A DNA stretch of 64,000 nt. Source: Eledone cirrhosa. Its lineage: Eukaryota. The position numbers were made by a program, and so were the translations under genes. Numbering within the stretch: the first letter of the stretch is position 1; each line of letters opens with the position of its first letter. The stretch lies in assembly GCA_964016885.1 (NCBI GenBank), contig OZ024740.1, positions 15,872,001-15,936,000 on the forward strand, read 5' to 3'. Under the pieces are notes generated by a model that was not told where the DNA came from, did no database searches, and worked only from the letters and a program-made list of their open reading frames with translations. Below, one piece after another: positions 13,601 to 24,504 of this stretch.

Positions 13601-16600
13601 CATGGGCTATAAGCAACATGGATGGCCCTCACAATCAAACTACACTGTCCAGTGACATGGGCTATAAGCAACATGGATGGCCGTCACAATCAAACTACAC
13701 TGTCCAGTGACATGGGCTATAAGCAACATGGATGGCCCTCACAATCAAACTACACTGTCCAGTGACATGGGCTATAGGCAACATGGATGGCCGTCACAAT
13801 CAAACTACACTGTCCAGTGACATGGGCTATAAGCAACATGGATGGCCGTCACAATTAAACTACACTTTCCAGTGACATGGGCTATAAGCAACATGGATGG
13901 CCCTCACAGTCAAACTACACTGTCCAGTGACATGGGCTATAAGCAACATGGATGGCCGTCACAATCAAACTACACTGTCCAGTGACATGGGCTATAAGCA
14001 ACATGGATGGCCGTCACAATTAAACTACACTGTCCAGTGACATGGGCTATAAGCAACATGGATGGCCTTCACAGTCAAACTACACTGTCCAGTGACATGG
14101 GCTATAAGCAACATGGATGGCCGTCACAATCAAACTACAGTCCAGTGACATGGGCTATAAGCAACATGGATGGCCGTCACAATTAAACTACACTGTCCAG
14201 TGACATGGGCTATAAGCAACATGGATGGCCGTCACAATTAAACTACACTGTCCAGTGACATGGGCTATAAGCAACATGGATGGCCGTCACAGTCAAACTA
14301 CACTGTCGAGTGACATGGGCTATAAGCAACATGGATGGCCCTCACAGTAAATCTACACTGTCCAGTGACATGGGCTATAAGCAACATGGATGGCCGACAC
14401 AGTCAAACTACACTCTCCAGTGACATGGGCTATAAGCAACATGGATGGCCGTCACAGTCAAACTACACTGTCCAGTGACATGGGCTAAAGGCAACATGGA
14501 TGGCCCTCACAGTCAAACTACACTGTCCAGTGACATGGGCTATAAGCAACATGGATTGCCGTCACAATTAAACTACACTGTCCAGTGACATGGGCTATAA
14601 GCAACATGGATGGCCGTCACAGTCAATCTACACTGTCCAGTGACATGGGCTATATGCAATATGGATGGCCGTCACAGTCAAACTACACTGTCCAGTGACA
14701 TGGGCTATAAGCAACATGGATGGCCGTCACAATTAAACTACACTGTCCAGTGACATGGGCTATAAGCAACATGGATGGCCGTCACAGTCAAACTACACTG
14801 TCGAGTGACATGGGCTATAAGCAACATGGATGGCCCTCACAGTAAATCTACACTGTCCAGTGACATGGGCTATAAGCAACATGGATGGCCCTCACAGTCA
14901 AACTACACTGTCCAGTGACATGGGCTATAAGCAACATGGATGGCCGTCACAATCAAACTACACTGTCCAGTGACATGGGCTATAAGCAACATGGATGGCC
15001 GTCACAATCAAACTACACTGTCCAGTGACATGGGCTATAAGCAACATGGATGGCCTTTACAATTAAACTACACTGTCCAGTGACATGGGCTATAAGCAAC
15101 ATGGATGGCCCTCACAGTAAAACTACACTGTCCAGTGACATGGGCTATAAGCAACATGGATGGCCGTCACAATCAAACTACACTGTCGAGTGACATGGGC
15201 TATAAGCAACATGGATGGCCGTCACAATCAAACTACACTGTCCAGTAACATGGGCTATATGCAACATGGATGGCCGTCACAATCAAACTACACTATCCAG
15301 TGACATGGTCTATAAGCAACATGGATGGCCCTCACAGTCAATCTACACTGTCCAGTGACATGGGCTATAAGCAACATGGATGGCCGTCACAATTAAACTA
15401 CACTGTCCAGTGACATGGGCTATAAGCAACATGGATGGCCCTCACAATCAAACTACACTGTCCAGTGACATGGGCTATAGGCAACATGGATGGCCGTCAC
15501 AATCAAACTACACTGTCCAGTGACATGGGCTATAAGCAACATGGATGGCCGTCACAGTCAAACTACACTGTCCAGTGACATGGGCTATAAGCAACATGGA
15601 TGGCCCTCACAGTCAAACTACACTGTCCAGTGACATGGGCTATAAGCAACATGGATGGCCGTCACAGTCAATCTACACTGTCCAGTGACATGGGCTATAA
15701 GCAACATGGATGGCCCTCACAGTCAAACTACACTGTCCAGTGACATGGGCTATAAGCAACATGGATGGCCGTCACAGTCAAACTACACTGTCCAGTGACA
15801 TGGGCTATAAGCAACATGGATGGCCGTCACAGTCAATCTACACTGTCCAGTGACATGGGCTATAAGCAACATGGATGGCCGTCACAATCAAACTACACTG
15901 TCCAGTGACATGGGCTATAGGCAACATGGATGGCCGTCACAATCAAACTACACTGTCCAGTGACATGGGCTATAAGCAACATGGATGGCCGTCACAATCA
16001 AACTACACTGTCCAGTGACATGGGCTATAAGCAACATGGATGGCCGTCACAATTAAACTACACTGTCCAGTGACATGGGCTATAAGCAACATGGATGGCC
16101 TTCACAGTCAAACTACACTGTCCAGTGACATGGGCTATAAGCAACATGGATGGCCGTCACAATCAAACTACACTGTCCAGTGACATGGGCTATAAGCAAC
16201 ATCGATGGCCGTCACAATTAAACTACACTGTCCAGTGACACGGGCTATAAGCAACATGGATGGCCGTCACAATTAAACTACACTGTCCAGTGACATGGGC
16301 TATAAGCAACATGGATGGCCGTCACAGTCAAACTACACTGTCCAGTGACATGGGCTATAAGCAACATGGATGGCCGTCACAGTCAATCTACACTGTCCAG
16401 TGACATGGGCTATAAGCAACATGGATGGCCGTCACAATCAATCTACACTGTCCAGTGACATGGGCTATAAGGAACATGGATGGCCGTCACAGTCAAACTA
16501 CACTGTCCAGTGACATGGGCTATAAGCAACATGGATGGCCGTCACAGTCAAACTACACTGTCCAGTGACATGGGCTATAAGCAACATGGATGGCCGTCAC

Positions 16601-18355
16601 AGTCAAACTACACTGTCCAGTGACATGGGCTAAAGGCAACATGGATGGCCCTCACAGTCAAACTACACTGTCCAGTGACATGGGCTATAAGCAACATGGA
16701 TGGCCGTCACAGTCAATCTACACTGTCCAGTGACATGGGCTATATGCAACATGGATGGCCGTCACAGACAAACTACACTGTCCAGTGACATGGGCTATAA
16801 GCAACATGGATGGCCGTCACAATTAAACTACACTGTCCAGTGACTTGGGCTATAAGCAACATGGATGGCCGTCACAGTCAAACTACACTGTCGAGTGACA
16901 TGGGCTATAAGCAACATGGATGGCCCTCACAGTCAATCTACACTGTCCAGTGACATGGGCTATAAGCAACATGGATGGCCCTCACAGTCAAACTACACTG
17001 TCCAGTGACATGGGCTATAAGCAAGATGGATGGCCGTCACAATCAAACTACACTGTCCAGTGACATGGGCTATAAGCAACATGGATGGCCGTCACAATCA
17101 AACTACACTGTCCAGTGACATGGGCTATAAGCAACATGGATGGCCGTCACAATTAAACTACACTGTCCAGTGACATGGGCTATAATCAACATGGATGGCC
17201 CTCACAGTAAAACTACACTGTCCAGTGACATGGGCTATAAGCAACATGGATGGCCGTCACACTCAAACTACACTGTCCAGTGACATGGGCTATAAGCAAC
17301 ATGGATGGCCGTCACAATCAAACTACACTGTCCAGTGACATGGGCTATAAGCAACATGGATGGCCGTCACAATCAAACTACACTATCCAGTGACATGGGC
17401 TATAAGCAACATGGATGGCCCTCACAGTCAATCTACACTGTCCAGTGACATGGGCTATAAGCAACATGGATGGCCGTCACAATTAAACTACACTGTCCAG
17501 TGACATGGGCTATAAGCAACATGGATGGCCGTCACAATCAAACTACACTGTCCAGTGACATGGGCTATAAGCAACATGGATGGCCCTCACAGTCAATCTA
17601 CACTGTCCAGTGACATGGGCTATAAGCAACATGGATGGCCGTCATGTCAATCTACACTGTCCAGTGACATGGGCTATAAGCAACATGGATGGCCGTCACA
17701 GTCAAACTACACTGTCCAGTGACATGGGCTATAAGCAACATGGATGGCCCTCACAGTCAAACTACACTGTCCAGTGACATGGGCTATAAGCAACATGGAT
17801 GGCCGTCACAGTCAATCTACACTGTCCAGTGACATGGGCTATAAGCAACATGGATGGCCCTCACAGTCAAACTACACTGTCCAGTGACATGGGCTATAAG
17901 CAACATGGATGGCCGTCACAGTCAAACTACACTGTCCAGTGACATGGGCTCTAAGCAACATGGATGGCCGTCACAATTAAACTACACTGTCCAGTGACAT
18001 GGGCTATAAGCAACATGGATGGCCGTCACAGTCAATCTACACTGTCCAGTGACATGGGCTATAAGCAACATGGATGGCCGTCACAGTCAAACTACACTGT
18101 CCAGTGACATGGGCTATAAGCAACATGGATGGCCGTCACAATCAAACTACACTGTCCAGTGACATGGGCTATAAGCAACATGGATGGCCGTCACAATCAA
18201 ACTACACTGTCCAGTGACATGGGCTATAAGCAACATGGATGGCCGTCACAATTAAACTACACTGTCCTGTGACATGGGCTATAAGTAACATGGATGGCCG
18301 TCACAATCAAACTACACTGTCCAGTGACATGGGCTATAGGCAACATGGATGGCCG
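1641..18355. repeat. 55-bp tandem satellite, 304 units
   Basis: Consensus TCACA(G/A)TCAAACTACACTGTCCAGTGACATGGGCTATAAGCAACATGGATGGCC(G/C). Length 16715 = 304x55 minus three 1-bp deletions (~2194, ~13303, ~17645) and one 2-bp deletion (~14140). Confidence 0.99.
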
Positions 18356-18393
18356 GTTTCAAGTTCACCAACGTTGACTTGATTATGTATTCC

Positions 18394-19043
18394 AGAGTTT
18401 CTCGAACTTTTGGGGCCATCCACCCCCTTACGGCCACATAATACCCTCAGCACCCCAACCCTATTTCTAGAGAGACCTGTCTACACACAAACTGTAAATA
18501 ATATATAATAAATAAAATCGTTAATTTATATATAATAAATAATATAATATATACTATGTATAAATAAATATATTTTTTATTTTACCATATTTATATATAA
18601 TATATATCGTTTGATATTTGATATACTATTATATCATCTCTACCACCCACCTCTCGCAGCCCCCTTAGGCCGCAGCGCCCCTGGACTTTCTCAATGTCAT
18701 TTTATTAAACAATACAGAAGTGTGCATGTGTCATATTGTCAATAGATGATATATATGTGTAAAATACTGATCAGAGAACTTCCATTTTATTAAACAATAC
18801 TGAAGTGTATGTGTGTCATATTGTCAATAGATGATACATATATACAAAATTATTTCATGGATGTTAGTTCTTTACTGAGGAGAAACATTTTTAGGGCTGT
18901 TATAAAATATATTTTAACTAAATATTATTTGTTTTATTAATAAAACATAAAAACTGCAAATAATGTCCAAATTTTTTCTGCGGACCACCAAAGTTTTCTC
19001 TCGAACCACTGATGGTCCGTGGACCACCGGTTGGTGACCGCTG
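18394..19043. mobile_element. hAT (Charlie-like) non-autonomous element/MITE remnant(s)
   Basis: Left end CAGAGTTTCTCGAACTTTT and right end (reverse complement) CAGCGGTCACCAACCGGTGGTCCACGGACC both resemble hAT-Charlie termini. AT-rich interior with an ~68-bp direct duplication (18698 and 18783). No matching 8-bp TSD. Confidence 0.55.
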
Positions 19044-19274
19044 TTTTCGCTGATATGGATTACCACCCCCAGGTGGCTGGCTGCAAGCCCAACAATTCTT
19101 CATGCTTAAAGCAGTGTTATTGTTAATTGGCAAAAATGAAACAAAGAATAAATATATAAATAGATAAAATAGGCGGTCAAATATTTTTCACCAGATTTAA
19201 AGGTCAGAGTTTCAATGTGGAATTATACATACATATATACACACTTTTATACATCATACATGTGTTGTTCCTCC

Positions 19275-19815
<541 letters not shown>

Positions 19816-19860
19816 CTAGTAACATCTATATACACACAGATGCATATCAATGCTAACAAA

Positions 19861-20112
<252 letters not shown>

Positions 20113-20202
20113 GGAAAAATTTGAACAGGGACAAAACAGAGAGGCAGTACAATAAATGTTTATTAATTTCACGCTCAGGAGAGTGGGGGGTAGGTGGGGG
20201 AC

Positions 20203-20230
20203 GACGTTTCGGGCATAAGCCCTTCCTCAG
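20203..20230 (-). ncRNA. Minimal PLE hammerhead ribozyme core
   Basis: Minus strand CTGAGGA-A-GGG-CTTATG-CCC-GAAAC-GTC, the canonical minimal PLE hammerhead with palindromic ACGT stem III. Only 2 bp of stem I are evident locally. Confidence 0.7.
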
Positions 20231-20419
20231 GTGAGAAGTGTGGGAACAGAGTTCAAAAGGTGGGTAGGGGAGTGGTGGAGAGACATATAGCGAAAGGAAA
20301 CGGTGCGAATGAAAAATTAACAAATAAAGATAAAAAATAAAAATTAAAAATAAAGCATGATCAAAATACAAGGAATGAGAAAATTTAAAAATAAAGGCAT
20401 GATCAAAATAAACTGAAAT

Positions 20420-21583
20420 TAAAAGGGGGGTAAACAGGTGGTGGAAGGGTGTGGGGTGAGTAGGGGTGGTGGCGGGTGGAGTGGGAGAGGGAGACGGGGT
20501 GTCCGAGCGGGGAGGGCTGAAGGTGGTGTGTGTGTGTAGGTGTGCGTGTGTGTGTGTGTGTGTATGTGAAAGTAAGGGTTGGGGGAAGAACGGGGTTGCA
20601 TGTTCAGGAAGAGGTGTGTGTGGGGGGTGTTTTGGGGGGTCGGAGTGTCTGTGTGTGTGTGGATAGGGGGGTGGGGGGAGAGGAATCAGGAGGCTGAGGG
20701 TGTAAATATGTGGTGGAAAGCACGTGTGTGTGGGGTTTAAGCGTGTTGTGGGCGTGGGTGGCGTGTGGAGAAAAATAATTTTTTGGGGTGTGTGTGTGGG
20801 TGAGTTATATAGGTGATGCGTAAGAAGATGGTTGAAAAGTTGGTAAATTCCAAGGATGTTGGGAGGATTGGTTATAAGTCAATTTCTGCGTGTGGGTAAT
20901 CCATGAAGCGGTGGTCGGAAGAGGAGAGATGTGGGGTGCGCGCGCAACAAGAAGTGGTCAGCAGTGGGAGTGCTGTGGTCTGTTGGTACTGGGATGTGGT
21001 CAGAAGGGCATAGCAGCAGTCGGTGGAATGGTAAGGGGGCGAGGATGGGTAGGTGTGAAAGTTGGAGTGAGGAGGGTGTGTGTGTGTGTGTGTATTAGTA
21101 GGGGTGTTAGTGGGATGAGTGAGTGTGGAGCGGGGGGGGGAGCGGGGAGAGAAGGGTGTGTGTGGTTCTATGGAGGGAGTGTGGTGTACTGGTGTGTGTG
21201 TAGTTTGGTGAAGAGGTGTTAGTATACGGGAGGTGGGGAGGGGTTGAATGCAGGTGTGAGTGGGGGTTAGTGGTGGTAGGGTGTGTAGAGTTGGTGGTGT
21301 ACGAGGGTGTGTGGGTACGTGTGCGTGGGGTTGGGGGGTGTTAGTGATGTTAGTTGCGTGTGGGGTGGGTGGTGTAAGTGGGTGCGTGTGTGCGTGTGAT
21401 AAGGAGGAGGAGGAGGAGAAGAGGGGAGGGAAGGGATGTTAGTATGTTAGTTGGGGAAGGGTGGTCATATGAGGGGTGGAGTGGAGGTGTTAGTATTGTT
21501 AGTGTGGGGTGGGCGGGGAAAAGGAGGGGTGTGTTAGTGGTGTTAGTGGGGGATAAGTGTGGGGGGAGGGGGGCGGTCGAACG
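20420..21583 (-). other. Long C/A-rich (plus-strand G/T-rich) low-complexity 3' region of the PLE
   Basis: GGG and (GT)n runs between the endonuclease stop (21584) and the terminal repeat. Confidence 0.75.
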
Positions 21584-22784
21584 CTAAAGGAATAAGGGTG
21601 GGGAGTTCAGGCCGGGGGGAGTGTGGGTCTGTAAGATGAAGATAGTTCGTTGTTCGACCGTAAGGCGATGGGCGGGTGTTCCGTGGCACTGGAGTAGGCC
21701 ACAGACTGTGAGATGGCGTGCGGAGTGTCCAGGGCCACCAAAGTGGCGGGCGATGGGGGAACTGCCCCCGAGACGAATATCCCGGAGGTGCTCCGTGACT
21801 CGGTCCGCCAGGCGACGACCCGTCTGTCCGACATAAGTCGCGCTGCACTCCGTGCAACGAAGTCCGTAGACTATGTTGGAGGAGGTGTATCGGAAGGCAT
21901 GCCGGACCGAGAGAGAGTGGCCGTTGGGACCCTGGAAGGTGGTGGTGTTGGTGATGTGGGGACAGGTGTTGCAGCGGGGCCTAGAACAGGGAAAGGAACC
22001 GGGAGGGGGGAACAGAGCGTGGGTTGGGGGGTAGGGAGCTGTGGACGAGGAGGGTGCGGAGATTGCGTGCGCGTTTGAAGGAGGGGAGTGGTGGGGTTGG
22101 GAAGATGTGGGAGGTGGAGGGGTCGGACTGGAGGCGTCGGAAGAGGCGGCGGATGGTGCGGTGGAGGGGTAAGGTGGAGGGGTGGTAGGTGATGGGGAAG
22201 GGGAGACGGTGGGTGGGTGTGCGGTGGCGTGGGGTGAGGGTGGTGGAGCGGGGGAGAGCACGGGCGCGGGTGAGAGCGGTGTAGATGAGAGAGGGGGGGT
22301 AACCTCTGCGGATGAAATGGCTGACTAGGGAAAGGGCCTGAGACTCGAAGTCAGCATCACGGCTACAGAGGCGGCGGATCCTGAGAAGTTGGGAGTAGGG
22401 AATGGAGTGTTTAGTGTGGGTGGGGTGGGAAGAGGTGAAGTCGAGGTAAGAGTGGGAGTCGGTGGGTTTGAAGAAGGCGGAGGTGACGAGGGAGTGGTGG
22501 GAGGGGTCGAAGGCGACGGAGATGTCTAAGAAGTGGACGTGGGTGGTGGAGATAGAGGTGGTGAAGTGGAGGGAGGGGTGGAAGGAGCAGAAGAAGGAGA
22601 GAAAGGAGTCGAGCTGTTCTCGGGTGAGGGTCGTGGCTCCAATACAGTCGTCAATGTAACGACCGTACAGTTCGGGTGTGGGGCCGGTGTACTGGGCAAA
22701 GATTTGGGCCTCAGCATGGCCAACAAAAAGGTTGGCATAGTTCAGGCCCATTCTTGTGCCCATGGCTACCCCCGTGACCTGTTC
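21584..22784 (-). pseudogene. PLE reverse transcriptase (C-terminal half) + GIY-YIG endonuclease, one frameshift
   Basis: ORF 22763-21981 has MGTRMGLNYANLF, YIDD, FLDI, KPTDSHSYLDFTSSHP and IPYSQLLRIRRLCS. ORF 22261-21584 has CSRPRCNTC, NIVYGLRCTEC, YVGQT, R..EH, RHF and PPGLN. The frame switch lies at ~22000-22035. Confidence 0.92.
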
Positions 22785-22960
22785 TCGCTCGTTTCACCCT
22801 ATTTTACTTGTCCCAATAACTTTATTGAGTTATTGCTTGCACCAACTAGAGGTATACGATTTTTAAAGCGATGAAATACAAATGAAAGTTGGAAGATCAC
22901 TGATGAACGACTAATTTTATTCATATGTAACCCATGTGCAACCACGCAGCTCTCCATTTT

Positions 22961-22964
<4 letters not shown>

Positions 22965-23017
<53 letters not shown>

Positions 23018-23100
23018 ATATTTATATATATATATTATATATATATATTATATATATTATTATATATATATTATATATATTATTATATATATATATATGT

Positions 23101-23183
<83 letters not shown>

Positions 23184-23202
23184 TATACATACATACATAT
23201 AT
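22965..23202. repeat. Degenerate (TA)n microsatellite
   Basis: Direct reading. Confidence 0.95.
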
Positions 23203-23311
23203 GGCGATGAATTAGTAAAGTCATTAGAACGTCAGAATGTTCTGTGGTATTCGTTTTAGGTTCTGTTCTCTGAGTTCAAAATTCCGCCGAGGTCAACTTT
23301 ACCTTTCCATT
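23203..23311 (+). mobile_element. tRNA-derived SINE copy (5' part)
   Basis: CTGAGTTCAAAATTCCGCCGAGGTCAACTTTACCTTTCCAT matches the copies near 1.2-1.5 kb. Confidence 0.75.
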
Positions 23312-23490
23312 CTCTCATACTCTATCCTTTTCTGGAAGAAATCTGGAGTATTCAGACCTGAGGGGGGCTCCACCAGGTTTTTTTTAATGCTCTAGAAAGG
23401 CCACATGTGAATGCAGCACCCCTCAGAAGTTAGGAGACTATATATATGGGTGTTGGCAGAGACCTTAGAGAGGTGGGTTTTGTCATGGAA

Positions 23491-23555
23491 CCGAGTTCCA
23501 TTTTACCTTCCTCCTTTTGGAGCGGTTAAACAAAGTAGCAGCTCAGTACAGGAGT
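23491..23555 (+). mobile_element. Highly diverged SINE core fragment
   Basis: CCGAGTTCCATTTTACCTTCCTCCTTTTGGAGCGGTTAAACAAAGTAGCAG aligns loosely with the core at ~1395-1447. Confidence 0.4.
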
Positions 23556-23712
23556 AGCCCCTCCTCCTTCCAGCGGCCACAGCTTGGATGTTCTTTTGGA
23601 TGAAAAGATGGAGAGCTGAGCGGTTATCTCTGTTTGACACCGGTTTAAAAAATTAACAAAGGAATGGTATCATACTACCAAGTCACACGCGATTGCGAGT
23701 GACGTCTGTAGA

Positions 23713-23713
23713 T

Positions 23714-23749
<36 letters not shown>

Positions 23750-23820
23750 CTATATCTATATATATATAATATATATGTATATGTGTGTGTGTGTGTGTTT
23801 GTGTGTGAGTGTGTGTGTGT
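23713..23820. repeat. (CA)n-(TA)n-(TG)n compound microsatellite
   Basis: Direct reading. Confidence 0.9.
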
Positions 23821-23895
23821 CTCAGGTTTGTGGTTTTAAGCGATTAAATAGCTAATTAGTTATTTAAACTACTGCCCCTAAAAAATTACTTATAT

Positions 23896-24280
23896 CCACC
23901 ACCACCACCACTACCACCCCTAACTCCACCACCACCATCAATAAAAACAACAACTACACCTCCACCAACAGCATCTCCACCAACACCACGCCACCACACC
24001 ACTACCACCATCACCACCACACCACCACCACCCACACAACACCACCACACCACCACCACCACCACACCACCAACACCACCCAACCACCACACCTTCACCA
24101 CCAACAACAATAACAACTACACCTCCACCAACAACACGCCACTACACCACCATCACCACCACCACCACCACCACACCACCACTACCACTACCACCCACAC
24201 ACCCTCACCACTACACGCTCCCACCACCATACCACGCCCTCCACCACACCACCCACCAATACTACCTCCACCAACACCAG
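23896..24280. repeat. Degenerate (ACC)n/(AAC)n low-complexity tract
   Basis: Direct reading. Confidence 0.9.
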
Positions 24281-24504
24281 AAAACTTTAATCTACTTATT
24301 TAAAATCTCCACAAAATATTGACTCGAGGTGCAAAGTTAATCTCTGTCACCCCTTCATATATATTTAATCCTCGTTATTGTACTTTTAACACTAAATATA
24401 ATTTTAGAAATCTTTTAACCTGAATATTTTAGGGTGTTTAAAGTTATAAGCTTTTGCAAAGAAGCTGTCCTCATGTTTGGTGACAGATCTCTGATTCAAT
24501 TTTG

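Noticed and set aside
2074-17777. 65-aa ORF pairs in the 55-bp array
   Set aside because: They arise only where a 1-bp deletion postpones the periodic stop. The unit is not a multiple of 3.
1641-18355. CRISPR array (constant part + variable part)
   Set aside because: The variable part is only point variants of one sequence, not unique spacers. No cas genes, and the context is eukaryotic.
1641-18355. RSS heptamer-like CACAGT/CACTGT and p53-like CATG motifs in the 55-mer
   Set aside because: The heptamer is imperfect with no nonamer at 12/23 spacing, and the CATG flanks do not fit RRRCWWGYYY.
22900-22940. Hammerhead at CTGATGA (22900-22906)
   Set aside because: No stem II or GAAA follows. 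At most a deleted remnant.
20419-22970. Shared peptide start MQPRSSP in ORFs at 20601 (-) and 22936 (+)
   Set aside because: Nucleotide similarity is limited to ~10 bp and does not extend. Treated as coincidence.
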